DNA of 64,000 nt from Eledone cirrhosa (GCA_964016885.1 OZ024743.1:309876001-309940000); one strand, 5' to 3'; counted from the first letter of the stretch, positions 43,703 to 59,859 are shown. Program-made: numbers and translations. The notes: a model not told the origin generated them from the letters alone.

Positions 43703-44394
43703 TTTAATAATCAAGTATATGAATTAGATGTATTGCCAAACATTCAATTCTTATATCCTTCCTGCTGACATTGTCAGCTTGAAATAAAATATTGTCGTCT
43801 ATTAGCTTCCTTCAATTGGAAAGCCATGTGAATGCAACTCCATTAATTCTTAATATTTAATATGAACCACCTGCATATTAGTCCATATGTATATGTGTAC
43901 TGTATTTGTATCACAATATATTATGTCAAATATTCTCATAAGAGAGTATTATATACATTTTCACATTTTGTATGAATAATTCCTGTTTAAATAAAAAGGT
44001 AAAGAAAAGAAGCGTGCTCTTTGTATTGTATTGTACAGAGCTACTTAATTACATGTTGTTTATCATGTAATTATATATATATATATATAATTATAAAAGT
44101 CCACCATTTGCCTCCATCATGGAATCATGGATCAACTAAGCACTCTTGGTATATTAACACATTTTGATGTGCTTAACTTCAAGAACTATGCCTGTAATTG
44201 ACAGTTATTAAATATATAAATAGATAAATAAATGTCATTGTTAAATAATAAATAAATCAACTAATACCTTAACACTTCACACAAAGTAAAACATTTCGTT
44301 TTAATCATTTTCTAACCCAGAAAATAGAGACAGAGAAACAAAAAAGGAAAAAAAATATTTTTCTTCCTAACAATCGTCTCCTTCTCCCTGTTTT

Positions 44395-44460
<66 letters not shown>

Positions 44461-44464
<4 letters not shown>

Positions 44465-47400
44465 TATAGACATAGAATATTCGAAAATATTCTGTATGTT
44501 TATAATAAACATTTTGAAGACCTAATCGCTATAGAATAGAATACGTCACGTATTACAATTAGATTCTCGATAAAAGCAAGGGAAGTAATCTACGCGTTTC
44601 ATTCTCGTTAGAAATCATCAGGACTACATATCCAGTGCTTTTATCGAGAATGACACAGCTAGAGACTTATAGAATACTTAGCTGTGTACAGGAACTGGTT
44701 TGAAAGAGCGGTTGCCGGTCCGGCAGAAATTAGAAATTGGAATAAATGCTCTGAAATAGCGATATATATGTGAATATAGACATAGAATATTCGAAAATAT
44801 TCTGTATGTTTATAATAAACATTTTGAAGACCTAATCGCTATAGAATAGAATACGTCACGTATTACAATTAGATTCTCGATAAAAGCAAGGGAAGTAATC
44901 TACGCGTTTCATTCTCGTTAGAAATCATCAGGACTACATATCCAGTGCTTTTATCGAGAATGACACAGCTAGAGACTTATAGAATACTTAGCTGTGTACA
45001 GGAACTGGTTTGAAAGAGCGGTTGCCGGTCCGGCAGAAATTAGAAATTGGAATAAATGCTCTGAAATAGCGATATATATGTGAATATAGACATAGAATAT
45101 TCGAAAATATTCTGTATGTTTATAATAAACATTTTGAAGACCTAATCGCTATAGAATAGAATACGTCACGTATTACAATTAGATTCTCGATAAAAGCAAG
45201 GGAAGTAATCTACGCGTTTCATTCTCGTTAGAAATCATCAGGACTACATATCCAGTGCTTTTATCGAGAATGACACAGCTAGAGACTTATAGAATACTTA
45301 GCTGTGTACAGGAACTGGTTTGAAAGAGCGGTTGCCGGTCCGGCAGAAATTAGAAATTGGAATAAATGCTCTGAAATAGCGATATATATGTGAATATAGA
45401 CATAGAATATTCGAAAATATTCTGTATGTTTATAATAAACATTTTGAAGACCTAATAGCTATAGAATAGAATACGTCACGTATTACAATTAGATTCTCGA
45501 TAAAAGCAAGGGAAGTAATCTACGCGTTTCATTCTCGTTAGAAATCATCAGGACTACATATCCAGTGCTTTTATCGAGAATGACACAGCTAGAGACTTAT
45601 AGAATACTTAGCTGTGTACAGGAACTGGTTTGAAAGAGCGGTTGCCGGTCCGGCAGAAATTAGAAATTGGAATAAATGCTCTGAAATAGCGATATATATG
45701 TGAATATAGACATAGAATATTCGAAAATATTCTGTATGTTTATAATAAACATTTTGAAGACCTAATCGCTATAGAATAGAATACGTCACGTATTACAATT
45801 AGATTCTCGATAAAAGCAAGGGAAGTAATCTACGCGTTTCATTCTCGTTAGAAATCATCAGGACTACATATCCAGTGCTTTTATCGAGAATGACACAGCT
45901 AGAGACTTATAGAATACTTAGCTGTGTACAGGAACTGGTTTGAAAGAGCGGTTGCCGGTCCGGCAGAAATTAGAAATTGGAATAAATGCTCTGAAATAGC
46001 GATATATATGTGAATATAGACATAGAATATTCGAAAATATTCTGTATGTTTATAATAAACATTTTGAAGACCTAATCGCTATAGAATAGAATACGTCACG
46101 TATTACAATTAGATTCTCGATAAAAGCAAGGGAAGTAATCTACGCGTTTCATTCTCGTTAGAAATCATCAGGACTACATATCCAGTGCTTTTATCGAGAA
46201 TGACACAGCTAGAGACTTATAGAATACTTAGCTGTGTACAGGAACTGGTTTGAAAGAGCGGTTGCCGGTCCGGCAGAAATTAGAAATTGGAATAAATGCT
46301 CTGAAATAGCGATATATATGTGAATATAGACATAGAATATTCGAAAATATTCTGTATGTTTATAATAAACATTTTGAAGACCTAATCGCTATAGAATAGA
46401 ATACGTCACGTATTACAATTAGATTCTCGATAAAAGCAAGGGAAGTAATCTACGCGTTTCATTCTCGTTAGAAATCATCAGGACTACATATCCAGTGCTT
46501 TTATCGAGAATGACACAGCTAGAGACTTATAGAATACTTAGCTGTGTACAGGAACTGGTTTGAAAGAGCGGTTGCCGGTCCGGCAGAAATTAGAAATTGG
46601 AATAAATGCTCTGAAATAGCGATATATATGTGAATATAGACATAGAATATTCGAAAATATTCTGTATGTTTATAATAAACATTTTGAAGACCTAATCGCT
46701 ATAGAATAGAATACGTCACGTATTACAATTAGATTCTCGATAAAAGCAAGGGAAGTAATCTACGCGTTTCATTCTCGTTAGAAATCATCAGGACTACATA
46801 TCCAGTGCTTTTATCGAGAATGACACAGCTAGAGACTTATAGAATACTTAGCTGTGTACAGGAACTGGTTTGAAAGAGCGGTTGCCGGTCCGGCAGAAAT
46901 TAGAAATTGGAATAAATGCTCTGAAATAGCGATATATATGTGAATATAGACATAGAATATTCGAAAATATTCTGTATGTTTATAATAAACATTTTGAAGA
47001 CCTAATCGCTATAGAATAGAATACGTCACGTATTACAATTAGATTCTCGATAAAAGCAATCTCGATAAAAGCAATGATGATTTCTAACGAGAATGAAACG
47101 CGTAGATTACTTCCCTTGCTTTTATCGAGAATCTAATTGTAATACGTGACGTATTCTATTCTATAGCGATTAGGTCTTCAAAATGTTTATTATAAACATA
47201 CAGAATATTTTCGAATATTCTATGTCTATATTCACATATATATCGCTATTTCAGAGCATTTATTCCAATTTCTAATTTCTGCCGGACCGGCAACCGCTCT
47301 TTCAAACCAGTTCCTGTACACAGCTAAGTATTCTATAAGTCTCTAGCTGTGTCATTCTCGATAAAAGCACTGGATATGTAGTCCTGATGATTTCTAACGA

Positions 47401-50053
47401 GAATGAAACGCGTAGATTACTTCCCTTGCTTTTATCGAGAATCTAATTGTAATACGTGACGTATTCTATTCTATAGCGATTAGGTCTTCAAAATGTTTAT
47501 TATAAACATACAGAATATTTTCGAATATTCTATGTCTATATTCACATATATATCGCTATTTCAGAGCATTTATTCCAATTTCTAATTTCTGCCGGACCGG
47601 CAACCGCTCTTTCAAACCAGTTCCTGTACACAGCTAAGTATTCTATAAGTCTCTAGCTGTGTCATTCTCGATAAAAGCACTGGATATGTAGTCCTGATGA
47701 TTTCTAACGAGAATGAAACGCGTAGATTACTTCCCTTGCTTTTATCGAGAATCTAATTGTAATACGTGACGTATTCTATTCTATAGCGATTAGGTCTTCA
47801 AAATGTTTATTATAAACATACAGAATATTTTCGAATATTCTATGTCTATATTCACATATATATCGCTATTTCAGAGCATTTATTCCAATTTCTAATTTCT
47901 GCCGGACCGGCAACCGCTCTTTCAAACCAGTTCCTGTACACAGCTAAGTATTCTATAAGTCTCTAGCTGTGTCATTCTCGATAAAAGCACTGGATATGTA
48001 GTCCTGATGATTTCTAACGAGAATGAAACGCGTAGATTACTTCCCTTGCTTTTATCGAGAATCTAATTGTAATACGTGACGTATTCTATTCTATAGCGAT
48101 TAGGTCTTCAAAATGTTTATTATAAACATACAGAATATTTTCGAATATTCTATGTCTATATTCACATATATATCGCTATTTCAGAGCATTTATTCCAATT
48201 TCTAATTTCTGCCGGACCGGCAACCGCTCTTTCAAACCAGTTCCTGTACACAGCTAAGTATTCTATAAGTCTCTAGCTGTGTCATTCTCGATAAAAGCAC
48301 TGGATATGTAGTCCTGATGATTTCTAACGAGAATGAAACGCGTAGATTACTTCCCTTGCTTTTATCGAGAATCTAATTGTAATACGTGACGTATTCTATT
48401 CTATAGCGATTAGGTCTTCAAAATGTTTATTATAAACATACAGAATATTTTCGAATATTCTATGTCTATATTCACATATATATCGCTATTTCAGAGCATT
48501 TATTCCAATTTCTAATTGCTGCCGGACCGGCAACCGCTCTTTCAAACCAGTTCCTGTACACAGCTAAGTATTCTATAAGTCTCTAGCTGTGTCATTCTCG
48601 ATAAAAGCACTGGATATGTAGTCCTGATGATTTCTAACGAGAATGAAACGCGTAGATTACTTCCCTTGCTTTTATCGAGAATCTAATTGTAATACGTGAC
48701 GTATTCTATTCTATAGCGATTAGGTCTTCAAAATGTTTATTATAAACATACAGAATATTTTCGAATATTCTATGTCTATATTCACATATATATCGCTATT
48801 TCAGAGCATTTATTCCAATTTCTAATTTCTGCCGGACCGGCAACCGCTCTTTCAAACCAGTTCCTGTACACAGCTAAGTATTCTATAAGTCTCTAGCTGT
48901 GTCATTCTCGATAAAAGCACTGGATATGTAGTCCTGATGATTTCTAACGAGAATGAAACGCGTAGATTACTTCCCTTGCTTTTATCGAGAATCTAATTGT
49001 AATACGTGACGTATTCTATTCTATAGCGATTAGGTCTTCAAAATGTTTATTATAAACATACAGAATATTTTCGAATATTCTATGTCTATATTCACATATA
49101 TATCGCTATTTCAGAGCATTTATTCCAATTTCTAATTTCTGCCGGACCGGCAACCGCTCTTTCAAACCAGTTCCTGTACACAGCTAAGTATTCTATAAGT
49201 CTCTAGCTGTGTCATTCTCGATAAAAGCACTGGATATGTAGTCCTGATGATTTCTAACGAGAATGAAACGCGTAGATTACTTCCCTTGCTTTTATCGAGA
49301 ATCTAATTGTAATACGTGACGTATTCTATTCTATAGCGATTAGGTCTTCAAAATGTTTATTATAAACATACAGAATATTTTCGAATATTCTATGTCTATA
49401 TTCACATATATATCGCTATTTCAGAGCATTTATTCCAATTTCTAATTTCTGCCGGACCGGCAACCGCTCTTTCAAACCAGTTCCTGTACACAGCTAAGTA
49501 TTCTATAAGTCTCTAGCTGTGTCATTCTCGATAAAAGCACTGGATATGTAGTCCTGATGATTTCTAACGAGAATGAAACGCGTAGATTACTTCCCTTGCT
49601 TTTATCGAGAATCTAATTGTAATACGTGACGTATTCTATTCTATAGCGATTAGGTCTTCAAAATGTTTATTATAAACATACAGAATATTTTCGAATATTC
49701 TATGTCTATATTCACATATATATCGCTATTTCAGAGCATTTATTCCAATTTCTAATTTCTGCCGGACCGGCAACCGCTCTTTCAAACCAGTTCCTGTACA
49801 CAGCTAAGTATTCTATAAGTCTCTAGCTGTGTCATTCTCGATAAAAGCACTGGATATGTAGTCCTGATGATTTCTAACGAGAATGAAACGCGTAGATTAC
49901 TTCCCTTGCTTTTATCGAGAATCTAATTGTAATACGTGACGTATTCTATTCTATAGCGATTAGGTCTTCAAAATGTTTATTATAAACATACAGAATATTT
50001 TCGAATATTCTATGTCTATATTCACATATATATCGCTATTTCAGAGCATTTAT

Positions 50054-50059
<6 letters not shown>
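44461..50059. repeat. Inverted tandem array of a 310 bp hammerhead-containing unit (non-LTR retrozyme-like)
   Basis: Units start at 44461+310n up to 46941 (minus sense), and the strand switches at about 47060-47075. Plus-sense cores lie at 47384+310n up to 49864. There are 17 intact cores, and (TA)n flanks both sides. Confidence 0.97.
47378..47420 (+). ncRNA. Minimal type I hammerhead (representative of 17 copies)
   Basis: GTAGTC-CTGATGA-tTTCT aacg AGAAt-GAAAC-GC-GTA-GATTAC. Stem III is palindromic (ACGCGT), and stem I is extended by the 16 bp pair ATTCTCGATAAAAGCA/TGCTTTTATCGAGAAT. Confidence 0.92.
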
Positions 50060-50105
<46 letters not shown>

Positions 50106-50742
50106 GTCAATACTCATCTTTTTCCATTTATCTGAGGGTTCTAAACCTCATTATAGGGCTAAAATTCCTTTAGTCAAAAATACGGTGAAAGCTATTATAT
50201 TTTCTAATTTCAAACCTGCTTACTGTTTCAAAACATACTTACTTATATATATATATATATATATATATAGTAATAATAATAAGTTTGAAGACTAAAATCC
50301 AAAGAGGGCTCGATAAGGATAAATATATATCAAATATATAAGAACCGGAGAGCAAATATTTATTAAAATAACAGATTAAATTTAAGCAAAGAATCGCTGA
50401 GGGATCTTCAGTAGATCCTGTTAAGGGTGAAAGCAGCGATTCTTTGCGCGGGCCGGTGTTTGGATTATGTCGATCGATTGGTTATTGATTAGGCGATACC
50501 CGCTGATGAAGCAGCATAAGCCGATTGAGCATTGTTGCATAATATATGCAGACAGATGGGGCAGTGCACCTTACTGCTGTAGAAACTCGAGTCCGGGAAC
50601 CCTATAGGCACCCGATCTACGTGTGTTGTGTTGAGGCAAATAACTATGTGTATACTCTGGTAATGTATCTTCAATTGCCCATTGAGTGCGCTGAGATACA
50701 GCCGGTACTGGCAGTGATAAATATGCTGGGTCCGTCAACCCT

Positions 50743-50839
<97 letters not shown>

Positions 50840-51199
50840 GAGAGAGAATGGAAAACGAAAAATTAGTAATGCATCGGAACTCAATATATTGAGTGTTACA
50901 ATTGTTTCCCCGGCGAACTACTTCCGGTGTGATCTGTGTGTGGATCTACCTGATTCTAGGCTCGCAGCTTTCTCGGACACGTCTATTAATTTCGGATCAT
51001 ATCCTCTTTCTGGGGTTTTCTGGCTCTACAAGCCTATATCGTCCACCTTCATCCGCTTTGCGCGTCTTTGGGTTGGTCACTGGTTAGTGACGTCATCATT
51101 ATTCTGACCACTTGTATCAGCCCGCTGACCGTCAGGGCGTGAACTGTAACTCACCTAATGCCCCGTCGGCAAAATTACTGCTGTTTGTCAACTCCCACT

Positions 51200-51265
<66 letters not shown>

Positions 51266-52945
51266 TTCTGACAGATACACAGATTCTGACAGATACATAC
51301 AGAGTTATTTGTGTGCTTACGTTCACACACTGAAATAGACACACAAATATACGCATACATGCACACTTAGAGGCAAACACGCACACGCGCGTGTATATAC
51401 GTACGTATATACACAGACACACACATATTTACGCACCCGTATATATACATGCACACACACACACACACGTACGCATCCGTACATATACATACACATACAC
51501 TCACAGATATATATATATATATATATATACACATACATACATTTATAACACACATATGCACATCTGCACATACATATGCATACATACACACATATACATA
51601 CATATACATACATATATATATATACACACCCACCACACGCCCACACACACGTATACACACATACGTCTACACACACACACATACACACACACACATACAC
51701 GGGTGCGAAGAGGAAGCGGCCGGGTAAACCCCGGTATTTGTTTAATTTATGTTCTTCCACGAGGCGGGCCGCAATGCCGGGTTTTTTGGCCGAAGCGACT
51801 AAGTTGGAGTCGGAGAACGTGTCACAGCAGGTGGCGTCTCAGATGAGAGATATACTTCCTTAGAATGGTAAGTGGGTGATTCCGTCTGGGCGTTTGCCAT
51901 CTCCGTGGTCTAGGCCTGCCGGATCCTAGAATTGAACAAGAAAATAACTCTCCTTTATATAATTACAATAAATGTTCCGCCATTAAAACAATCCTATTTG
52001 CTGAACAATTCCAGGTAACGGCTTCTGATTACATCGACCCCTGTGTGTTACTGCTAATATGTTTTATCGATCCCATAAAGACGAAAGGCAAAATTAACCA
52101 TGGCGTGATTTGAATTCAAAATGTAAAGGGACGTAACTATATGCCGCAAATCATACTATTCGACGCTCTACCGATACTGTCAATCGACCGACGCTCTAAT
52201 GACTTAATCATTGTTTCTACTTTAGGCACAAGGCCAGCAATTACCCAGTACATTACTGGTACCTTATTTTATCGACCCCGTAAGGATGAAAGGCAAAGTT
52301 AACCTCGCGGGATTTGAACTCAAACTGTAAAGGGACGTAACTATGCTAGAAAGCATGGCGTCCAACCCTCTACCAATACTGCCAATTCAATAATGGTTTA
52401 TAATTGAGGAACGAGACCAATAATTTGTCGGAGGGGAAGTCGATTAAATATACTCCAGTGCATTACTGGCGCTTCATCTTATCGACCCGTAAGGACGATA
52501 TGCCAAGCTAACCTCAATGGGATTTTAACTCAGAATAATTTTAATGTAAGTGTATTGTAAAGAAAGCATTCTTCCTCTTTTTAAGTTATCGCTCCATCGA
52601 ACTGAAGCTTATGCTTTTGCTGAAGACTAGAATATTTACGACTCGCTACGCCGACAATGGTTTGGACCAAATGCTCTGCAAACTGGAGGATTTGGTTCAA
52701 CCGATTGTCGAATTAATAGTCTATCATTTTCGAAGTCACAGGTGTTCACGACGTCGAGGTCATCTAATTAAACTGATGGTCACCGCATGAACTACTGCTT
52801 ATTATGAAACAAGAGCAGGTTTTTAAGGACATACTCCTATAGATCCGACAATTTCTGCTAGACTAACCAAGATAGCCATATCAGAAGCACCTTTTGTAGG
52901 ATTGGGCTCTTCACAACGCAGGTCGGTCTTCGAAACTATATATAA

Positions 52946-54645
52946 CACCGTGTAACAAAAAAAAATGTTTCTCTGTTCCTGGCTTGTAATCACTTTTTTG
53001 TGTTGCTTAGGTCCCAAATAAATAAAAAAATGTGCTATTAAACAGTTAAAAGTTCGGGTTTGTAAAAATTCTAAGCTATTCACTAGAATTATTTGTATGC
53101 TGGATTTTACGTTGAATGTAAGTTTAATTTGCTTATGTTAAATGATTTTTTTTATATATGTTTCAGGTTAAATTAAAATTATAAAAGTGCAATAAAGTAT
53201 AAAATTGTTCAAAAGTGGATTAAAGAGATACTGCATTTTCGCACCTTGAATAAAGGGTAAGTTGTGTTTTAAGCATTCGTCTCCAGGATGAAGCAGTGGA
53301 ACTTGGTCAAGGAGGAAGTGCAGGTGACATGTCAGAGCAGCCGACACGAACCTTTCTCAGGCTTTTACACTCTGAGGGATGGCCTCTGCTTCTGCCATGA
53401 CGTGTCTGGGCTGTTTGACGTTATTGGGGTGCCGTTTGTGGCCAAGGAGTGGCGGATATTATAGACAGCTCCACCACAAGTTTGAAGGCTGTCCTCCTCC
53501 ACAATGGAAACAAGTTCCCGACACTGCCCCTAGCTCATTCAGTCTGCCTGAAGGAAGATTACTACAGTGTGAAAGACCTATTGGAAGCTCTGCAATACAA
53601 CCAGTACAATTGGGAAATAATTGGAGACTTCAAGATGGTGGCTTTCCTGCTTGGACTCCAAGGAGGTTTTATCAAATTCCAATGCTTCCTCTTCCTTTGG
53701 GACAGCAGAGCCACCTCTGACCACTACAAAAGAAAGAACTAGGAGCAGCGAACAGAATTTGTAGTTGGAACCCGGAACGTCATGTGGGAGCCACTGGTTG
53801 ATCCCAGGATTGTGCTCAAGCCACCACTCCACATTAAGTTGGGGTTGATGAAGCAGTTTGTGAAGGCTCTCAACCAAGAATCAGCCGCTTTTAAATACCT
53901 TCTTGAGTTCTTCCCCAAGTTATCTGACGCCAAAATCAAAGGTGGAATTTTTGGACCTCAGATAAAGAAGGTGTTTCAGTCTACGGAGTTCTCCAATAAG
54001 CTCATTAGGATTGAGAGAACAGCATGGAACTGTTTCAAGCCTGTTGTGAAGGGCTTCCTGGGCAACTAGAGAGCTAAAAATTACCAGCAACTGGTGCAGG
54101 ATCTGATAAAGGCTTTTGACGCCATGGGATACAGAATGTCGCTTAAACTCCATATGCTGGACGCTCAACTGGAAAAATTCAAGGACATTATGAGCGCCTA
54201 CTCATAAGAACAAGGCGAACGATCCACCAAGATGTGAAAGAGATAGAGCGGAGGTACCAGGGCCACTACAATGAAAAAATGATGAGGAAATATATATGGG
54301 GTCTAGTGCGGGAATGCGACCTGGACTACAACTGAAAATCCTGGAAATCCAGTCATTTCTGACGTGTATAAGTTGCTTTATAAGTGTTATTTGTTTTTAC
54401 TTGTTTGCTTTTGATAAGCTTGTGTAATAAAATAAATATATACTCTGTTGATTTAATTATATGAACTGATAAATTAAAAAAAAAATGTGTTTTTTCTTGA
54501 AAAATATGAAACTTTCGAAATATCAAACTCCTCACCACAAACCCAAACTTCTGATTAAATAATAGTGTTTTTTTTATAATAATGGGATATACCAAACCAT
54601 GAAATGGCACTTAGAACCGGGGAATAAAAAATATGTTACACGGTG
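52946..54645 (+). mobile_element. Chapaev3-like (CMC) DNA transposon, internally deleted
   Basis: TIR CACCGTGTAACA/TGTTACACGGTG with a TAA 3 bp TSD on both sides (52943-52945, 54646-54648). The family assignment is from recalled motifs. Confidence 0.8.
53290..54360 (+). pseudogene. DDE transposase remnant
   Basis: IDSSTTSLKAVLLHNGN, WEIIGDFK..LLGLQGG..CFLFLWDSR, PPLHIKLGLMKQFVKA, MSLKLHML. It has stops and frameshifts. Confidence 0.88.
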
Positions 54646-56780
54646 TAATTTATACTACTCAACTTTAAGCTTTGATTGCTACGAATGTGTATAGTTCAGA
54701 TTGCTTCTTTCAAATTTAGGGTACGTACCATAGCGCACTGCTGTAATGTTTTCCTAGCATGTAAAATTAGATTGAAATGTTGCCTGATTCTGGTCTATGT
54801 TACCTTATATGTTAACAGTATTTTTGTTATATAGTTGGTATGTATTTTCTTCTATGTTTAAGTTCATATTTAGCTGCCATCCAGTTTTTCCAGATGGGCA
54901 TAATAAAGTATATGTTATTGAGTCTCTTTGGATTAATATATTTAAAGTAACCACAGGAATATTATTATGAAGAAACATAAAAATTATTTTTCAAATAAAT
55001 GCTCTATTTTTATACGTAAACATTTTTCTTTCTTCAACCCCCTGCATTTCTGTATTTCACAAATTCTATATTTACTATAAATGTCTAACTGCTATTGTAG
55101 CTTTCACTTCTGACTTACGTTAGACGTCTCTTAATAATGTATACGCTGGTGCATATAAATGATTTTCTCTCATAATATTGTGCAGATTTAGAATAATTTT
55201 ATTGAAACGGTATTGATTTGGCATCTGACGTGACGATGAATCTACCCTTTCCACTTAAAAATAGTCAGTTATCGTTGATATTATACTTTGTAAATACTGT
55301 ACAAAATCATCAGGGTTCGAGTTATAGACAGTTATATGTAACTCTAAGTACATGTTGAAAACACAAAGCGCAGATCAATTAACAGATTTTACTTCGCATG
55401 GAAAAAGAAGCATCTCTTAAACAATGATCATGTTTTCACAAAATGTGCGCGTGGAAACTCCATCGGTTCCGATCCTGAGTATTCCATGTGTTTGATCAAC
55501 GGAGCATCCTGTTTGTAAAATTGAAATGTGAATGTCTGAGAATTCCTTAGACATGTCTAGCATTAAAGTAGTTCTCATGGAAATAGTATGTGACGTAATA
55601 TTTGACATGGCTGGCCCTTTGAAGAACAGGCAAAACAAATATTTTACCAGGTCTGTGGAATGGCGTTATGTGAAATATGTGTTTAATTCTGGGACACAAT
55701 GAACCACCAAAAATCGAACACACAACTTTTCGATGGTGAGCCGAACACCCTAACTACTAAATTATATATGTGTCTTACCTTTTGAAACAATTATTGTGGA
55801 TCTAAATAAAATTCTTAGGTTTTTATCACACAAATTCTATGGATATAGATTGTGATGATTTTATAGTTAAGTAATATATTGATAATGTATTCTGAGGTAA
55901 AATCTATAGATTAAGAAGTCTCTTATGCAAATATGAACATTGTAATGGTAAATTAAAATATGCATATAACGCAGGTAAACGAACTGTAAGAAATTCAAGA
56001 AAATAACTTTTGTATCGACATAAATAGTTTTATCGGTTTATTGTGAAGTTATAAGATCGAAATAGACAGTTTTACATAAACACAATAAATTAGTAATATG
56101 TAAGTTTGAATCTGTAATTTCCTAATCAATTTTACAAAGAAATAGAGATATATGAATGAATAATTATAGATATATCGCCGGTAAGAATATTTGGAAGCTA
56201 CATCGATATAGAAGATTTCATGTTTACAAAGTTCAAGTATTTAACTTATATCATGAAAATATTACCGAATTGAGTCGTACATTATTATTGTAATTCGTAT
56301 CTAAACAGTATTAGTATCATTGATAAACAGATGTATCACATATTGCATTTATACATATGAACATTTTGTTATAATTAATGTTAATTTGATTGATAAATAT
56401 ATTTAGTATAGAAATTAGAATTCATCAGATTATTCTTATATATGAATTTTGAAAACAGAAATCATAAAAGTTTATCAATGTAACATTATCAGATATCCAT
56501 AGTGCTTAACATGTTTTCCGAATATTACCTATCCTAGAACAAATAATATTCTAGACAATTGTTGTCACAGTGGTGAATGGGGTACGTCTCTGATGGCATC
56601 TAAATATCCAGAAATAGCTGTCAGGCATTTACATTGCAACAGAAATAGCTGACATTATCACAGCTACTAATCAATTCATAGCAAGATTCTCATATGTTTA
56701 CTTTATATAAGCATATCGTAAATGCTTCCATATAGACCCCTGAGGTGGGCTACGTAGAGTTGGTGCCACTTCTGGTTACC

Positions 56781-56847
<67 letters not shown>

Positions 56848-56898
56848 TTCCTCTCTCTCCTCTCTACCTCTCTCCTCTTTGTCTCCCCCCCCCTCTCT

Positions 56899-56965
<67 letters not shown>

Positions 56966-57505
56966 GATATAACCGTAAGTTGTTGACGGCTGAGAGAAAG
57001 ACTATTCAATACCGAAGGATTTTAATATTCATGTTTTTTAATGATAAATGATGACCCCGTAATAAACAGGTGAAGTTCCAGAGTAACAAGTCTCGCTACT
57101 TAGCCTTAATAAAATGAATATATATATATAAGCATACACACATATGAAGAATATGTGTGGGTTTTTTGGGGGGTCGAGGCGTGTGTCTATGTGTAGGAAA
57201 TTATACGCCTGTATCTCAACATTAATACCTTTAAGTCATATATCATATTTTTTTCATATCTCTCGTTCTGTGTTGAATCTCTCAGTATGACCCTTCCATT
57301 AAGCCACATTTTATTTGTTTCTCTTTTCTATATCGCCCATTATAACTCATCAATAAGCGACTAACACTCACTGGGTATCATCTATCTATCTAAATATTTA
57401 TCTCCCCCTCGCACTCTTTCTTTCTTTCTATCTATCTCTCCCTTATATATATATATGTGTGTGTGTGTCTGATGTGTGTGTGTGTGTGTGTTTGTGTGTG
57501 TGTGT

Positions 57506-57825
57506 GAAGGCACATGGCTTAGTCATTAGAGCGTGGGCTTGCAATTAAGAGGTTTTGAGTTTGATTCTCGGAATAGGTTATGCATTTTATCATTGAGCAA
57601 AATACTTTATTTCACGTTGCTCCAGTTCACTCAGCTGTATGAGTTGCGACGTCACTGATGCCAAGCTGTATCGGCCATTGCCTTTCCCTTGGACAACATC
57701 AGTAACATGGAGGAGAAGACTGATATGCATGGGCGACTACTGGTTTTCCACAAACAAACGTTGCCTAGGCTTGTGTCTCGGAGGGTAACTTTCTAGGTGC
57801 AAAACCATGGTCATTAGTGAAGGAT
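57506..57825 (+). mobile_element. tRNA-derived SINE (second family)
   Basis: A-box-like TGGCTTAGTC, B-box-like GAGTTTGATTC, and core TTGAGCAA..CTTTATTTCACGTTGCTCCAGTTCACTCAGCTG. Confidence 0.65.
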
Positions 57826-58093
57826 GAAGTACTCAAATATACATACATATAGTGTACGTGATTCAATGAATTACTGCTGGTCGTACCAAATAAATAATTC
57901 GATGCACAGGTAGTGTGTATATATTAAGAAAAACGATGAAGTTTCTTTTACATCTAGTTAGTTTTTATATTGCATAGGATTAGCTTAGATCACACGTAGT
58001 TATGGACAACAATAATAATAATGAGAGTGTGTACACATATAAATATACACACATACAAATACATGTCTACACTCACATACATGTGTTTATAAA

Positions 58094-59328
<1,235 letters not shown>

Positions 59329-59620
59329 GACATAGCATTGAAAATACATTTAAGGGTCTGCTTTCACTTTTTACCCTTTCATTGATTCGTCAAATTGGCA
59401 TTATTGAAAAAATGAGAGGAACAATTCTTTTAAAAAAAAATGTTTATAATGTATATAATGTATATTCCGATGTGAATATTACAATTAAAAAGAATTAATA
59501 AGGATTAAAAACTAAAAATTAAAGATTTAAAATTAAGTGTTAAGGTAAGTTTTTGTATCTTCCTTGTTGAGAAGGAAACTGTAAAATTAACTCTTGTGTG
59601 TATATAGAGAGGTGGTAGTA

Positions 59621-59713
<93 letters not shown>

Positions 59714-59859
59714 AAAGTTCTATATAAAATTGTTGGGATACAACAAGTAAATATTTTATAACTGATATAAAGCACTCTCTATCCAGACAGCTTCCAAAAA
59801 TAATGGTTGCATCTAATAGGGTACGTCAAAATTATTTATAAAACTGTTTATATATTGGA

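Noticed and set aside
44461-50059. CRISPR array or coding repeat
   Set aside because: Whole 310 bp units are identical with no unique spacers, the context is eukaryotic, and the unit has no ORF of 60 aa or more.
50880-51930. GC-richer segment with a possible donor site (GAATG/gtaagt near 51868)
   Set aside because: No ORF, RNA structure or repeat partner could be supported within the window.
55390-55700. Possible exon or transposase remnant (ORF 55417..55638)
   Set aside because: No convincing splice sites or recognisable motif, and stops in the suggestive frames.
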